Shown in pieces: positions 38,193 to 51,808 of a stretch of 64,000 nt of DNA. Source of the stretch: Lingula anatina. Taxonomy: Eukaryota; Animalia; Brachiopoda. How positions within the stretch are numbered: position 1 is the first letter of the stretch; each line of letters starts with the position of its first letter. Where the stretch lies: the NCBI GenBank assembly GCA_051362555.1, contig CM120640.1, positions 9,796,001 to 9,860,000 of the forward strand. Reading direction: 5' to 3'. The position numbers and the translations under genes were made by a program. Under the pieces are notes generated by a model. That model saw nothing but the letters and a program-made list of their open reading frames with translations, was not told where the DNA came from and made no database searches.

Positions 38193-41100
38193 ATGGCAGC
38201 GCACATATGCAGAAGTGGAGCTGGAGTTTTTCTTCAAAAAATTTCAAATTCCTCAAATATATGTCGTGCAACATTGCCCATTTTAACTCATCTTAATAGA
38301 ATGTGGCCAGCACTATATCACACGTCGAGGTAAGGTGCATACAACTTGAAATTTAAGTCCTGTCGATAAATATTTTGTTGAGAAATAAAGTGACAGATTA
38401 ACTGCCATTGACTTTGATACCGTTAACTGTTTGACTGTTGTTTGTTATTTAATTAGTATTTTGTCATTTCAGTTGTCTTTGCAGTAGTGAGGAGCGCAAA
38501 GGGCCTAAATTATACACAGGCACTGGTGATAAAGGTAGGCTTACGAACAGTGCAGTTGGTCCGGTGCAGATGTGAAACTCAAACTGAACATTTCCTTGCT
38601 ATTCTTTTCTTAGTACTGAAGCCATTTGACGGGCAAACATTGAAAGAGCAGCAAGTTAATTGTTGAAATCATTTGAGTAGCAGAGACGTTACCCAAAAAC
38701 ATAGAAAATTTAAGACTTACATTTATAAATTGGGGAGGGGAGGGGTGATTCTGCATAAGTACCCTTGTTTTAACTTTTAGTCGTGTCCCTTAAATGCGCA
38801 ATACACTGCAATACAGCACAACACACTAGAGAAAACAAGCCAGTGGCAGGTTATCACAGGAAATGGAAACAAAATAGGTTGACATAAAAGTGAAATATAT
38901 TACCAGGTAATAAATATCATTGATACAGCTTAACAAATTGGCACGACTTCTTTATCGATCAGTTGGCGAGTGACTCTTTAGATAGGCAATATGGCGGAGG
39001 ACCCAACCTAAGCAAATCATACCAACTTGTTAAGTTGTATAAACAATATAAATTACCTAGCAATTAACTTCGCTTTAATATCACCCATTTTGTTGGGAGT
39101 GGCTGTTTTCTATGTTTATTTTTAATGGACTCATTTTTTCTAGTGAATTGCACTGTGTTGTGTTGGCGCAATATGCATTTTAGAGACATCATTGTTTGAC
39201 CTCATGTCTTTGATTATCTGCTTTGCTTGCTTGTGATTAATTTTGCATAAATGCATTTTTTAAAAAGTTCTAATGATTAATCTATTGCTTACTTTTTTTT
39301 GGTTCTATACATGCAGTTTTAATTGAGGCATAAAAATGCATAAATAGTATGACTACTAGTAGTTCACTGGATCAATATGCATTTTAGAGACATTGTTTGA
39401 CCTCATGTCTTTGATTATCTGCTTTGCTTGCTTGTGATTAATTTTGCATAAATGCATTTTTTAAAAAGTTCTAATGATTAATCTATTGCTTACTTTTTTT
39501 TGGTTCTATACATGCAGTTTTAATTGAGGCATAAAAATGCATAAATAGTATGACTACTAGTAGTTCACTGGATAAAATTGTTATTTTTTTGAATATTTTT
39601 GTTTGATTAACAAGGTACTTCAGCCACATTCACTGGTGAAAGGAGATCCAAAGATGATGTTATATTTGAAGCTCTTGGAACAATAGATGAGCTGTCATCA
39701 GCACTTGGGTAATCATGATATCTCCTTTTAATAAACAGACTATAATTTTTTTTGTAGCTTTCATTTAATGGCATGTCATTAATGTTTAAAAATTGGAAGT
39801 TAATCAAATTGGAATACCATGACAGTTTGTATGATATACTTATTGGTTATTTGTGATTTAACTGTAAAATGTACTATCAATACATCATGAAAAAATTACA
39901 GCTCGGTCAGCTTCTCTTTCAGTATGATGTAAAATGTAAAACTTATTTCCCAGTATAATTCTGTTTTTCAAATACATCCCTATTTCTCACTTCAGACTCA
40001 CCTTGGAATTTTTTAAAGAATCTGACAAACTTCAAGAATGTATTCCTTATCTTGATCAGGTGAGGTTGATTGAAATAATTGATTGAAATAATTATTTTAG
40101 TGATTTATACATTTTAGACAAACTTAATTTAAATATATACATGTAAAGGTACATTATTCATAAAGATGAACAGTAGATTTTTAGTGCATATTTAATATTT
40201 GCTTTATAACCATAAGGCCATTTTTAGTTTTTTTTAATGTAAAAGCCAGTGAGTCAGTCATATTAATGTCATGTTCAAGAGCAATATTGTGGCTTCAAGT
40301 CTTTGCACCATAGACAATGAAAACCCGTTTTACAGCATTTCAAATCTAGTATAAAATACAACACTCCTCATTCAGTATGAACTGAATAATGTCTTTTATG
40401 TTGCAGATTCAGTGTGTACTGCAAGATGTTGCCTCCAATGTTGCAACACCTAAAAGTTCAGCAAGACAACCACATCTTAGTAAGTTTGTACAATGTATGT
40501 GGACAGTTGATGATACTGATTTGTGACTAAGTAAGTCACAGTAATGCATGCAGTAAATTAGCAGTGAATGGTTTTTGATTCAAATATTGAATTATAGTTA
40601 TTGTTTTGTTAACAAGACTTGTATCTCAGCAAAATTGTATAAATATTTCTTTCATCTGAAATTAAAAAATATCAACAGGTTATACTTTTTTCTGAATTAA
40701 GAACAAACATCATTTAGTCATCTGAACACCACAGACTTGGAACAGTGGATTGACTTCTTCCATGATGAATGTCCACCCCTGAAAAACTTCATATTGCCTG
40801 TAAGTACCTGGCTGAAGATAAACAAAGGATTTGGGCACAAATACAGACTGTGAACTTGTTTTAGTGTGACTCTGTAAAATGATAATTGATAATTTGTGGG
40901 GTTTTTTTTTCAAAACCAGCTACTTACATAGTTGTGCTGTTTCTTATGGTTGCAGTATTTAATTTGGAAATTAGAATTTTGGGCAGTGATAGATCTGAAT
41001 TTAAAAGGAAATGTTTCATTCATTAGTAATTTTTACCTTTTAATTTTTTCCGTTGCACATGTGTTTGGCATTACAGTTTTAAGGGGGGATCCATACTACT

Positions 41101-44100
41101 GGAAAACCACAGCCTCTTCACTTCAAAAGAAAATTTTGTACTTCCAGTCTGGCGGAAAAGCAAGTTCTTCTTTACACTTGGCCAGGGCTATCTGTCGAAG
41201 AGCAGAAAGAAGGTATATTTACCCTTGCGCATGATTAAGGACTCTAAAGTGTTTTCATGGAAACAAAAATTCAAGTGTGCCACATGCCATTTTGTTTTCA
41301 GAGCAAAAAGAGTAGTTTCACACTTCTATCAAATTGTTTGAATTATGCTTTGTGAGCCAGGTACACCTGGATGGGAAGAAAGAGTAATGAACTGATAAAA
41401 TTTCCAGCTATTTTTACCTAGTAATCCTTATTTTAGTAAATGAAAGAAACTGCCTTGCAAAATAAACAGAAAATTTAGATTGTAATGTTAAATTGAATGT
41501 GGATTGAGGAATTTCCTTTTGCACTTCTGTTTTTTTTTTTGACTACTTAATGGCTGTCTTGACCACAACATCTGGAACAAGGCGCCGTGAATGGAAGTCA
41601 GACTTCCTGTTTGAATCATGGTTTGTTGAATTTGCCATTACCTTGGCAGCCACACTAAAGTCAGTATGACATAACTGTTATACATTATTGCAAGCCAATT
41701 AATACTGTTGGGCGAAATTGAAATCGCTCTGTCTGTGATTGGAGTTGATTGTGCTGAAGTTAGTGAATCCACCTCCACAGAAATGCCAAACATTCATACC
41801 ATTAACTTGGGTGCCTCTAGTTTCTATAGTGCTGTGTTAGAAAAACATTTCGCTCCTCTTAAATAGAATACAAGTGTAATATCACAGGTAAATCAACACT
41901 TGATGTTCATATCCATTTATATACCTGAGTGAAGAAAGGCATTGGGTTTAAATTGCTTGAGTACAGAGGAAGAAAACTATCACATATATCACTATCACAT
42001 AAGCTCGTGTCCACCTAGCTAATAGTCTAAGCAAATCTTGCCACATAATTCTTTAGTTTCTGTTAGTTTCAAAAGTAAGACTAAATAAGAGGTGTGCAAG
42101 AATATTAATAGTCCATACATGTTGCAGTGCATTTACTGATTTTCAGTTTACAGTGCATCATGCAACAGTAACAAGAAGATTGCATGTCATAGTTCTTGTG
42201 AGTTACAGATAAAGTTGTTTTTCTTTCTCCAAATTTCCATTTGACCTCTATGGTTGCTGGACACAACTTTTAAAAATGGGTTATATGTTTAAGAAGTCCT
42301 AAATCGAACTTGACTCCTGGATATGATATATAAACAAAATATGAATACCTACACACTTAAATAACTCTTTACTTGTCGCAGACCATTTGGAAAAGCTGTA
42401 GTGAAGCCATCTTGAGCAGTGGGGAAATGTTTAATGCATTTGCTGAATTTTTTCCTTTAATTTTTTTTCTTTTTCCTAAAATTATTTGCTTGGATGGAAA
42501 GAATTAGGTGAGACGTATCTGCAGAAAGACGCAATTAGATTATAAATTCATTTTTATTGGTTTTGGTTTTGGATTGAGCCTTAGATAAGTCCCTGTGAGT
42601 AAACACTGACTGGAGATATGAACTGAGATGAAATTGGGATGATTCACTCCACTTGAGACCTGGGCAAATAGATCAATGTGACATTGAATCACAGGGAACT
42701 GTCTCTTGAGATGTCAATGATCTGTCATTATTGTGGTCAGAATACACTGTACTTACTCCTCTTTGTGGTTTGTGGTATTTTCACTGGAAGTTCAAGAGTT
42801 CACTCTCAGGTGTTTTCATTATTTTTTTTTCAAGTTTTATGATTGATATTCTTTAGAAGTTGGCCTCGTACAAAAATGATTGGTTTTCACATGGGAATAT
42901 CAGTTTATTTTGATAGTGTTAGATGGATGTCAAATACCTGACAAATACTGGACTGGTTCCACTGTGGGTTTTGTTGGTAAAATCACAGAGGCATGTGTTC
43001 CTTCTTACAAAATCAGGTAGTCTTTTTCAGTGCAACTTGTAGCAAAAGGAAAGAGTTGAATAAGTACTTGTCTTCTAAAACTGTCTGTAGTAAACATTGA
43101 GAAAGGTGATTGACCACCCTGGAGGTTAAAAATTGTGCAGTGTGTGGCTAATGTCCAGTTTAGTTGTATGTGGCTAATATTTATCTTGTCAGTTATATAT
43201 ATGTATATATATAATATCAAATATGTTTTTTATTCTTAGTTTTTTTTTACAAAATGCATCTTTTAACATTAAAGGCCCTGATTAAAGCTGCTTACCAGAC
43301 ACTACTCTTTTGTAATCCTTTTGTGCATATTCTCCAATCAGGTGACTCTAGTCACAGTGTTATATGCACCTGTGAAATATGTCTTTATATGTGCCAATTT
43401 CATCAATTTTGGTGTGTATGCACAAATGGCCTTGAGCCTAGAAAATATTAGTAAATGAATTTTAATTTACTTATTATGAGTAGTCAGTGCATTTAAAACA
43501 TAATGTCAAATACTCATCATATAAAGTTGTTGTAATTATCTTCTTACCCCCCCCCCCCCCCCACCACCATTTTCACTGAAAGCCAATATGTAATATTAGA
43601 TTTGCAATCAGTATACAATGTCAGGTTATTATATAGTAACTGGAGAAGGTGTTTCTTTTCAGTTCAAAACCACATAAACTTTGAACATTCAAGCCAAACA
43701 AGGCCCCATCCATCCTCTTCTTCTCCATGCCTTCATTAGTTACAGATGCCAAATAACTGCAGCCACTTTCAGAAACCACAGAAACGAGAAAAATTTCCTG
43801 TTCCCTTTTAAGTACCTGGATTTCTCCCCCAGGTTAAACTAAAAATTTGACTATATACTTATTTGGTGGAATTGGATATGTTGTTTTTTCTATGCCCTTT
43901 GGTGCATATTTGCACATTGATAGTTACTATTGTTTTGTTACTATTGTTATACTTGTATTCTATGTTTACTTCAAAGGAAAAGATGCTGTATTTTATTATT
44001 TATGTAGAGCAGTAAAATACTATAAAAGACTTTTGTCAGCATCATTATGTTTTATTTATTATACATATTATTTCCCTTAAGTCAGAAGAAAATGATATGG

Positions 44101-47100
44101 AATTATGCTTTCTTCTCTAAGAAGTGCTTTGATTATGGTATATACATTAGCATTCCATGGGTTATCTGAGGATTTGTGCAGTCTATAAATTGTCATCAGT
44201 TTTATTTAAAAAAGGGATATAGTCAATCTCAAGGACTGTATTTTTCAGGATTTATACACCCTAACAGTGCATTATTTGGCGATAACAACCAGAATCCAAA
44301 TGCAATAAAATTGCACACTGATGCCATTTTGAAGAATGGCTTATTTTACAATATCATGATAGATATAAGGTTTTATAACCTGTATAACGGTTTAATAAAT
44401 GTACAAGCTGATATAATTTCTAAAAATGCAGTGATTCCGTCTTGCAGGATATATAATTCAGAAACTTCATATCAGTTAGAATTGAATCCGAATAATTAAA
44501 TTATGCACAGACTTAAATGCTATCAGTGACACACACATCATTCTGGCAGCATATTAAATTTTATTAACTCACTACAATCCAGTCCAGATTAAAATTGCAC
44601 CCTGATTTAAATTCTAAAAATTTCACACATTTCAAACTTGCAGCATATAAAACTTTATAACAGTCACATCCAGATACCTTTTGTATTACTCATTTTACAT
44701 ATTGCATAACAGTGCTCCCACCTGAACACATATGTGACCAGTAATCACATGTGCCAATGCTGCGGCCTGGTAAAACACATGGTTGTGGTCAGCACAGTGT
44801 GTTCACAAGCATGACTCATTGTAGTGTCACCTGAGACAGGAGTTAGTCCAGTATTTTATGTGTCTCTTGTGTCACCAGCTTTTCGACTTTGATGTTTTAA
44901 TTAGAGAAATACATTTAACCCCAGTGATGACTTCATTTGTCCATTCCTATAACTTGTATTTATAATAAATTTGATATATAATAGTGTACTAGTAGTATGT
45001 TAGTACATGCTGTTTACAAGGGCTATCCCCACTCTTCCACTGTATAACCAGTATTTATATTATTATAAAAAAAGAATGTGAGGGATAAGATATTACCTAA
45101 GTATTAATGTTGTGGTGTAAATAATTTAAACAGTGATGTAAAGCAGCATTAAGGCATTGCTTGGGGTTAGGGTGACTAACATTGCTACACCTGCAGCTAT
45201 CAATTTCCACCTAAAAATGTCCAAAAATTTGAAAGAAGTGCCTGAAATGAAAAATCTTTATTGTTCTTAATGCAATGTTACAAGATTCCCATTAAGGGGC
45301 TCCTATTTATTTTCATTGGATGACACTGGAATGTCATCAGAGCGAAAAGAGGAAACTAACTAGAAACAAGAAAAAGGTATAGAATAATTTGAGAAATTAA
45401 TATAGTTATGTTTTGCATTTATAGAACAATTTTGAAATTCTCCTTCCCATGAGATGAAATATACAAAGAAATTTCAAATAAAGAAAAGAAGTGACACAGA
45501 GTGCATTTTTCATTGTCCTTAATCATGACTGAGATATATGAAATATTTTAAGTACTCCTTGTTAATATGTGGCCTTTGCTGAACATCTGTGCCTTACCTG
45601 ACAAATTAATTATAGAGACGACAAATAAGGACAGGTCACCTGGCTGAGATTAACCCATGAGCTCTGGTTTTGTAATTAATGGTTTTAATTATATGGATAT
45701 TCATCTCTTAATTGGTTTCCAAATGCTAATTGGTTTGTAATTTGATTATTGGGCTTTCCACTGTATGCTGTCATTATAGTGGTTTCTTGTCTTTAACAAG
45801 AGCTAAACAACTGTAATTTATTTCATTACATGCTTTGTGTGTCAGTGCTATGGGTATGTGGGGGTTATTTATAATGATATGTATATGTAAATAAAGAGAG
45901 AAAGAAGAAAAGACTAATTATTAATGCTCCTATGTAGACATGCAAACTGCCCATTTTGTGAATTTTGTCACACTAAGTAAGACTGAAGTACTTTTCCAAA
46001 AGAAAAATAGATCATTAGATAAAATACATGAAAAATATAATGATTTAGTAGATAAATAAAGAAGTTACAAATTAAATGAAAATGTCAAGTGATTATAAAA
46101 CTAATTGTTCCAAAAAAAAAAAAGGTACATTTGAAAATTATTTATAAGGCAAAACAGTGCTTGAGAACATAGATTTGATATTTAAAAAATGCCTTTTGGC
46201 AGTTTAACATTAATTTGAGAAATTTAAATCATAAACAGTTGATGTTGAGTACACAAACAGAATTCAACTGTAAAAAAAAAAAATAAAATAATAATGAAAA
46301 TGAGTGACCCCATAGAACCACAGAGGACCACCTTGGTCTGTGTAGAAAACAAGCAGGATGTGGTACTTGTTTTAATGAAGATCTGTAGCTCTGAGAACCT
46401 TTCAACTTTTTGTGGCAATCAAATAAGCACCACTCACATGAATAAAACACTTCTTGGAGATATCAATGTGATTAAGGGTGTTACTAATTTTCCTTGCAGG
46501 AGATACTCTAGAATTTAAAGCTATATTACTTATTTGATTCTACATTCATTTGCCCCAAAATGTCTTTTGCTTATGCTATCATGTCTTTACTATTAATCAC
46601 ACATAATGATGACCTCCTGCCCTTTCTGTTTTTGCTTCAATTTTGAGTTAAGAATATGTTTTTGATGTAGAACCTCCTCATTTTCTTATTCTCCAGGTAT
46701 CAACTGTGCAAACTACAGCTGTAAACACTCTCTTTACTTCTCCTTTGAAATGTCTCAATAGAATTGTGTTTAGGTTTCTCAGTAATTGTCAAAAACATAT
46801 TTTACAGTTTATACCAGAAAATAAAACACAGTGATGATTGATGTGAATTATTATGGTTTTATATTTGCTATATTTTTTTCTTTCAGAGTTGTCCCTTTAC
46901 AAAAAGCAGGAGAAATAGATCCAGAACCATTGAAGTATTTGAACAGGTATTTTCATATGATTAATAAAAGATTAAGACAAAGTAAAAAGTTTGATGGAAT
47001 GCTTTCTTAAAAAATGTCTGTTCAAATTTTCATCACTTAAAATTACCAGTTATGTTCCATTAGACTTGTGTATATCAAGAAAACACTTTCTTAATGAGTT

Positions 47101-50100
47101 ATCAGTGTTGACTTAGAAAAAAAAGTGAGGCCAGTTCATTTTGGGTCATTCTGTACCCTTTTCTTAGTAGACTATGGTATCAGCTTTACCATTACCAGTG
47201 TGTTGCAATAACACCATTACTGTTATCAAGACCATTGCAAAGTTATGAGATTATCCCTGATGTTATTGTGGTTTTAGTGTGGTTTAAATATAAGGAAAGA
47301 GAAGTTATTTAAAGCTACACTTTTTGGAGAACCCTGCCATTTTCTGTTAGGTAAATTATTTATAGAACCAGTGGGGGTGGATGGAGGAGAAGGCCTGTAA
47401 CATTTCACGTTGGCAAATTGTGCAATTTACTCAGCTCTCAAGGTATTAATTTCTGTTTGAACAAGTTAATTTGGGTACCTTAAAAGTTGTTTAAGCAACT
47501 AATGCGGCTGTTGCTCCAGCAGTGTGGATAAATGAAGATACTGTTGTTTCTACAAAGTGTGAGTTAGGGAAACGGCACATGTAAGTTTTATCTCTGTCAA
47601 ACACTTTGTGGACAAAGCTGTTTTCTTTAGATTTACATCTGTTTCTGAGGGTATCTTACACACTAAATGCTCATTTGAAAATAATTGTGAGTGGATATAA
47701 TGCAACTTCTTGCACATGTATACAGATATTGCCTCTGCCATCCACATGCAATGGGAATGTATTTTTCACAATATTACAATCACATATTGTGCCATATGTG
47801 CAGAGAGAGGAAGAGAGGGAGACACTAACAAAGACAAGAGGAGACAGACACACATGAAGAAACAGGCAGACAGACAGACAGCCACCTACACCTTCACACT
47901 AAAGATAATGTATTTCCTGCACATCTTGACAATGCAACTGTACAGCAACATATGGTAAACCTCTCTGCCTTCCATTGAAGATGACAGATACATCAGATGT
48001 GGTTTCTGTCTCATAATTTTACCTGCTTACCTCGCATCTCAACTCACCTTTGATCTTACAAATAATTGTAGGTAATTACCCAACTAAATATCCATTCCAG
48101 CTGTTCGTTTTTGATTAATCAGTGATAAACACCCATGAAATAGACCAGTCTTTCGTTGAGGGGCTAAACTTAGTCGCCACTGCCCTGGACATTAGGTCTA
48201 CTGTGCCTGTGAATGTTATGTAGTTCTGACCTGAGGATACTTGTTATTGCATTGAGGGCAGGGGATTTATGGTAATGTACCTTATTCCTATTACTGAAGA
48301 CCAGTGTTGAAGTTTTCTTGACCTTGTTATTGCAGAAAAACATCTGATTCTTGTGTTGATAGAACTCTTATGTGAAACATATTTTTTCTCTTGAAAAATA
48401 TTGCTGACTGATTAAAAAATAAATGTTAAACAACCATGGGATAAATTTCTTTTTTGAAAGAATTTTGTCTCCTTGCATATATCTGTGTTCATGTAGTCCA
48501 AAATTGATCCACCTAATTTACGATAATTTAGTTACATGGATAAAAAAGTTGTTGTGTCATTTTCACTTTAAAAATCCATCTGAAATTAGATTTGTAAATG
48601 TTATAAAGATATGGTTGAAGGTCAGGAGATGTTGCATGTCATATATAGTACATTACCTTACATCAAGCCAATAAGTCATTAAACAGTTTTCAAGCTGTTA
48701 ATGATATCAAACTGATAAAAATGATTCAGACTGGGAACCTAATCTTTTAATCTCTAATCAAGATATACAACTATATCATTTCAATCTGAAAGTGACATTA
48801 TCCAGAAAAAGTCACCACATAAGGGGTGTTTGCGCATCTGGAGGAAGACGTGGAATACAATACATGTCTTTATTTGTGGTGAAATTTATGGAATAAATTT
48901 TATCATTCGCCCATTTTCTCTCGTGAAATACCACAAATTTTTCACAAAATTTCAAGAAATATATTTAGCAATAATGAACATTCTGATATAACCAAGTTTT
49001 ATGTTTGCACTCGATCCATGCTCTTCTATTAAAATGATCTGACTCACAACCGATGATAACTAATCATTGCAGCATATTAGAATATACAATTATAGCCCAT
49101 AAATTTGCACCCATATTTAACCGAGCCTGTCTAAATTGTTTCCTATGGCATTACACCATAATATTTACTGTTGACAGGCATTGTTCTGCTGTGATTTTTC
49201 ACAGTCCCTGACAAGAGCACAAAGGCCTATTAGATTTTATATCAAAACAAGTGTAGAAACCACAACCACATTTGCCAAGAATAATTGAGGCAATTTGTAC
49301 TTGGTAAAGCTTGGACTTTTACTGTTTTGATGTTTATTTTGCTAGTGTTTGGTTTATTTGACCTTTTTTGTTTGTGGTTACATGACCAATCTGTCAGCAC
49401 ATGATTTAAAAAAATTCATATTTTGTAATAGTAAAACCCATTGCCTCTCTAGGACATTGGATATAAAAATACTTGGGGACAAGGACTTCTCTGATATATA
49501 TGAGATCAATTTTTTTCTAAGATTGCACTTTATAAAATGACTACACGTACAAACTGACATGATTTGAAGATCAGACCACTGCCAAAGCAAAATGTAAATA
49601 ATGATTTTTTTAAAATCTTTCAGAAAAAACGAAAGGTTAACTGAATTCATCTGAATTTGTAAATATTTTCCCTTCCATCAAAATTTGTGAAGAACTGTTT
49701 GTCCAATTACAAACCAGTTTTAATGGAACCATTCCTTAGTTACACAGGTATCAGACCTGAAGGAGGGAGTTCAGGTACACCAGGAGGGAGTCTTATATTT
49801 ACATACATGTTGTTTTACACTTTCCTCTGTGGTTTAAAGATGGAGGCGTAGGTGTATTATTATCCTCTTGCCTCATGCATACATCATCACCTGCAAAGTG
49901 AGGTTATAATGGGGTCATTCTAATTGATGCCTCCTTCTAATAGGCTTGTTAATTAAGTGGTAAGAGATCATCAGATTAATTAAATGCTAAGTAAGGCACT
50001 TGTTAAGAGTTCACAGAAGGTAATCCAGTGTAAAAGGTTGGCAATATATATTCAGATTGGGTGGATTATTTATTTACATTTACTGTGTTTTTGTTTTTGA

Positions 50101-51464
50101 AACATGCGATGTCATTGTGCAGAAATATTGCAGCAAGTGTTCAGTACTACCATAACAAATCTGTTTGTAAGTTGGCCAAGTTTTTATTTTTTTATGTATG
50201 TTTTGGGTTTCTTTCCATCCCAGCAGTGATATCGAGGGATGATCCTGAACTTTTTGAATAAACACAACACAAAGAAATTACACTCAAACAAAATATTCAC
50301 CCTGTTGTTGTTTACTGTTTTGTGTTCAACCTTCTTTGTTTGTACAAGTGAGAAAAACATGAACTAAAATTATTTCCTTAAATACAAGAATTGTTAACAG
50401 TTAATTTTAATCAATTAAACATTTATCAACAGAAATAACAAGACATAAGATTAGATTGCATCTTTGAGCCTTTGCCAGTATATACAAATGAAGTGTAAAA
50501 TTAAGGTCATGAACTGGTAAAATATCCCTAAATATTGGTGTCAGATGAGGTTTGAAAGTATTCAAACAGATGTGCTACTTATTTTTAGAGTTCTGGAGAA
50601 AATTAAGCTGATGAAAAGCCATTTATTTTTCATTGTGTTCTTACAGTGCAAAGATTAGCTATTACCAGTGAGGACAGGGCAATTTTTTATCACTTTGTGT
50701 AAAAATACATTTGAAATAGAAAATTAGATTAGATGATATATAATCTTCTGTTATTTTGTATACATTACTGCTTAATATCAGTTTACAAACCAAAGTAAAT
50801 TTAGTTTTCACCTAAAATGTGTTTGAAAGAATTGGTGGATTAGATAATAAAGACTTTGGTTATGTAATCCTGGCTGTCAGCAAAAAAAAAGGTACTCACT
50901 TATTTTCTTCACTAAATATCATTAACCACAGATCAGTGATTGAATAATAACTCCTCAGTACATTGAACAGTTATTAATACAACTTAAAAGATATGGTATG
51001 TTTATGATAAGAATATGAATTATTGCAGTTTATTGAGTGCTAAATGTTTTATTGTTACATTTGCTAGTTCTATACACATTTTATACAGATATGATTAATA
51101 CAAAAATATGAAAAAAGTATTAAAAGACAACGATTGCATTAACATTATATTTTTCTCAGGGTCATTTATTTTTTATAAACATGTTAAGTGCTGAAGTCTT
51201 CCCTGGAGTTTGTATTTATAACTACACAGTGTCCCAGACAGTGAACAATCAGAAACAGTTTGAGAAACAGACTTGGGGTATAGATTTCTGTTTTACCAGG
51301 GATACACATTTCACAGTCTATTTTCTCTCCAGTTTTCTAATTTTTTTCACTTTTTTTTTCTCAGGTTGAGTGACTTCCTGTTTGCAGTGGCCAGGTTTGC
51401 AGCTATGAAGGAGGGACACAAGGAAAAAATATACAGAAGAATTCATGTATCAGACAGTGACTAA
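38193..51464 (+). CDS. MMAB: Mitochondrial cob(I)alamin adenosyltransferase (PduO-type, cblB), 9 coding exons, 250 aa
   Basis: Exons 38193-38329, 38473-38534, 39615-39708, 39996-40059, 40407-40479, 40702-40799, 41148-41212, 46887-46946, 51365-51464; all GT-AG, total 753 nt. Motifs: [103 protein letters not shown]. The N-terminus lacks acidic residues and is presequence-like. Confidence 0.96.
39169..39573. repeat. Near-perfect tandem duplication (204 + 201 bp) in MMAB intron 2
   Basis: Copy 1 39169-39372, copy 2 39373-39573, both caatatgcattttagagac...ctactagtagttcactggat. The only difference seen is a 3-nt indel. Confidence 0.95.
43547..43562. repeat. poly-C tract (16 nt) in MMAB intron 7
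   Basis: Homopolymer run. Confidence 0.95.
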
Positions 51465-51802
51465 TAGTATACCAAATATTAAGTAAAGAAGTATTAAAAA
51501 CAAGATACTGAGATATGAAATAAGAATTGGAAATAGGAAGTGTACATCTTCATCAATAAGCAGATGTATGTTATCTTCCGCATGTTGGGTATTATTCAGT
51601 TATGGAATGGCTTCTTTGCCTTGCAGTCAGGTTAATATTGCAAATGCTTATTTATTTTTGGAATGGCTTCTTTAACCAACAGTCATATAGATATTAGACC
51701 TGCATATTTATATTAACTTTTTGATGCGCAGATACTGTGAAATGAACAAAGTGACCACAATGTCATCATGGTTGTGTATTTTATCAGAGTTTATCAGAGC
51801 TG

Positions 51803-51808
51803 AATAAA
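51803..51808 (+). terminator. Candidate MMAB polyadenylation signal
   Basis: AATAAA about 340 nt after the stop, followed by T-rich sequence. Confidence 0.55.

Noticed and set aside
40505-40660. TGATGA...CTGA in MMAB intron 5 as a C/D snoRNA
   Set aside because: Box spacing is too long, and there is no terminal stem or recognisable rRNA antisense element.
41550-41669. 39-aa ORF in MMAB intron 7 containing SDFLF, a 13-nt match (gacttcctgtttg) to exon 9 and a GGAAGTC-A-GACTTCC palindrome; considered as a duplicated terminal exon
   Set aside because: No suitable acceptor, no similarity beyond the core, and 13-mer repeats are expected by chance in 64 kb.
48820-49140. Possible MITE remnant in MMAB intron 8 (local CpG increase)
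   Set aside because: No TIR pair or TSD identifiable by eye.
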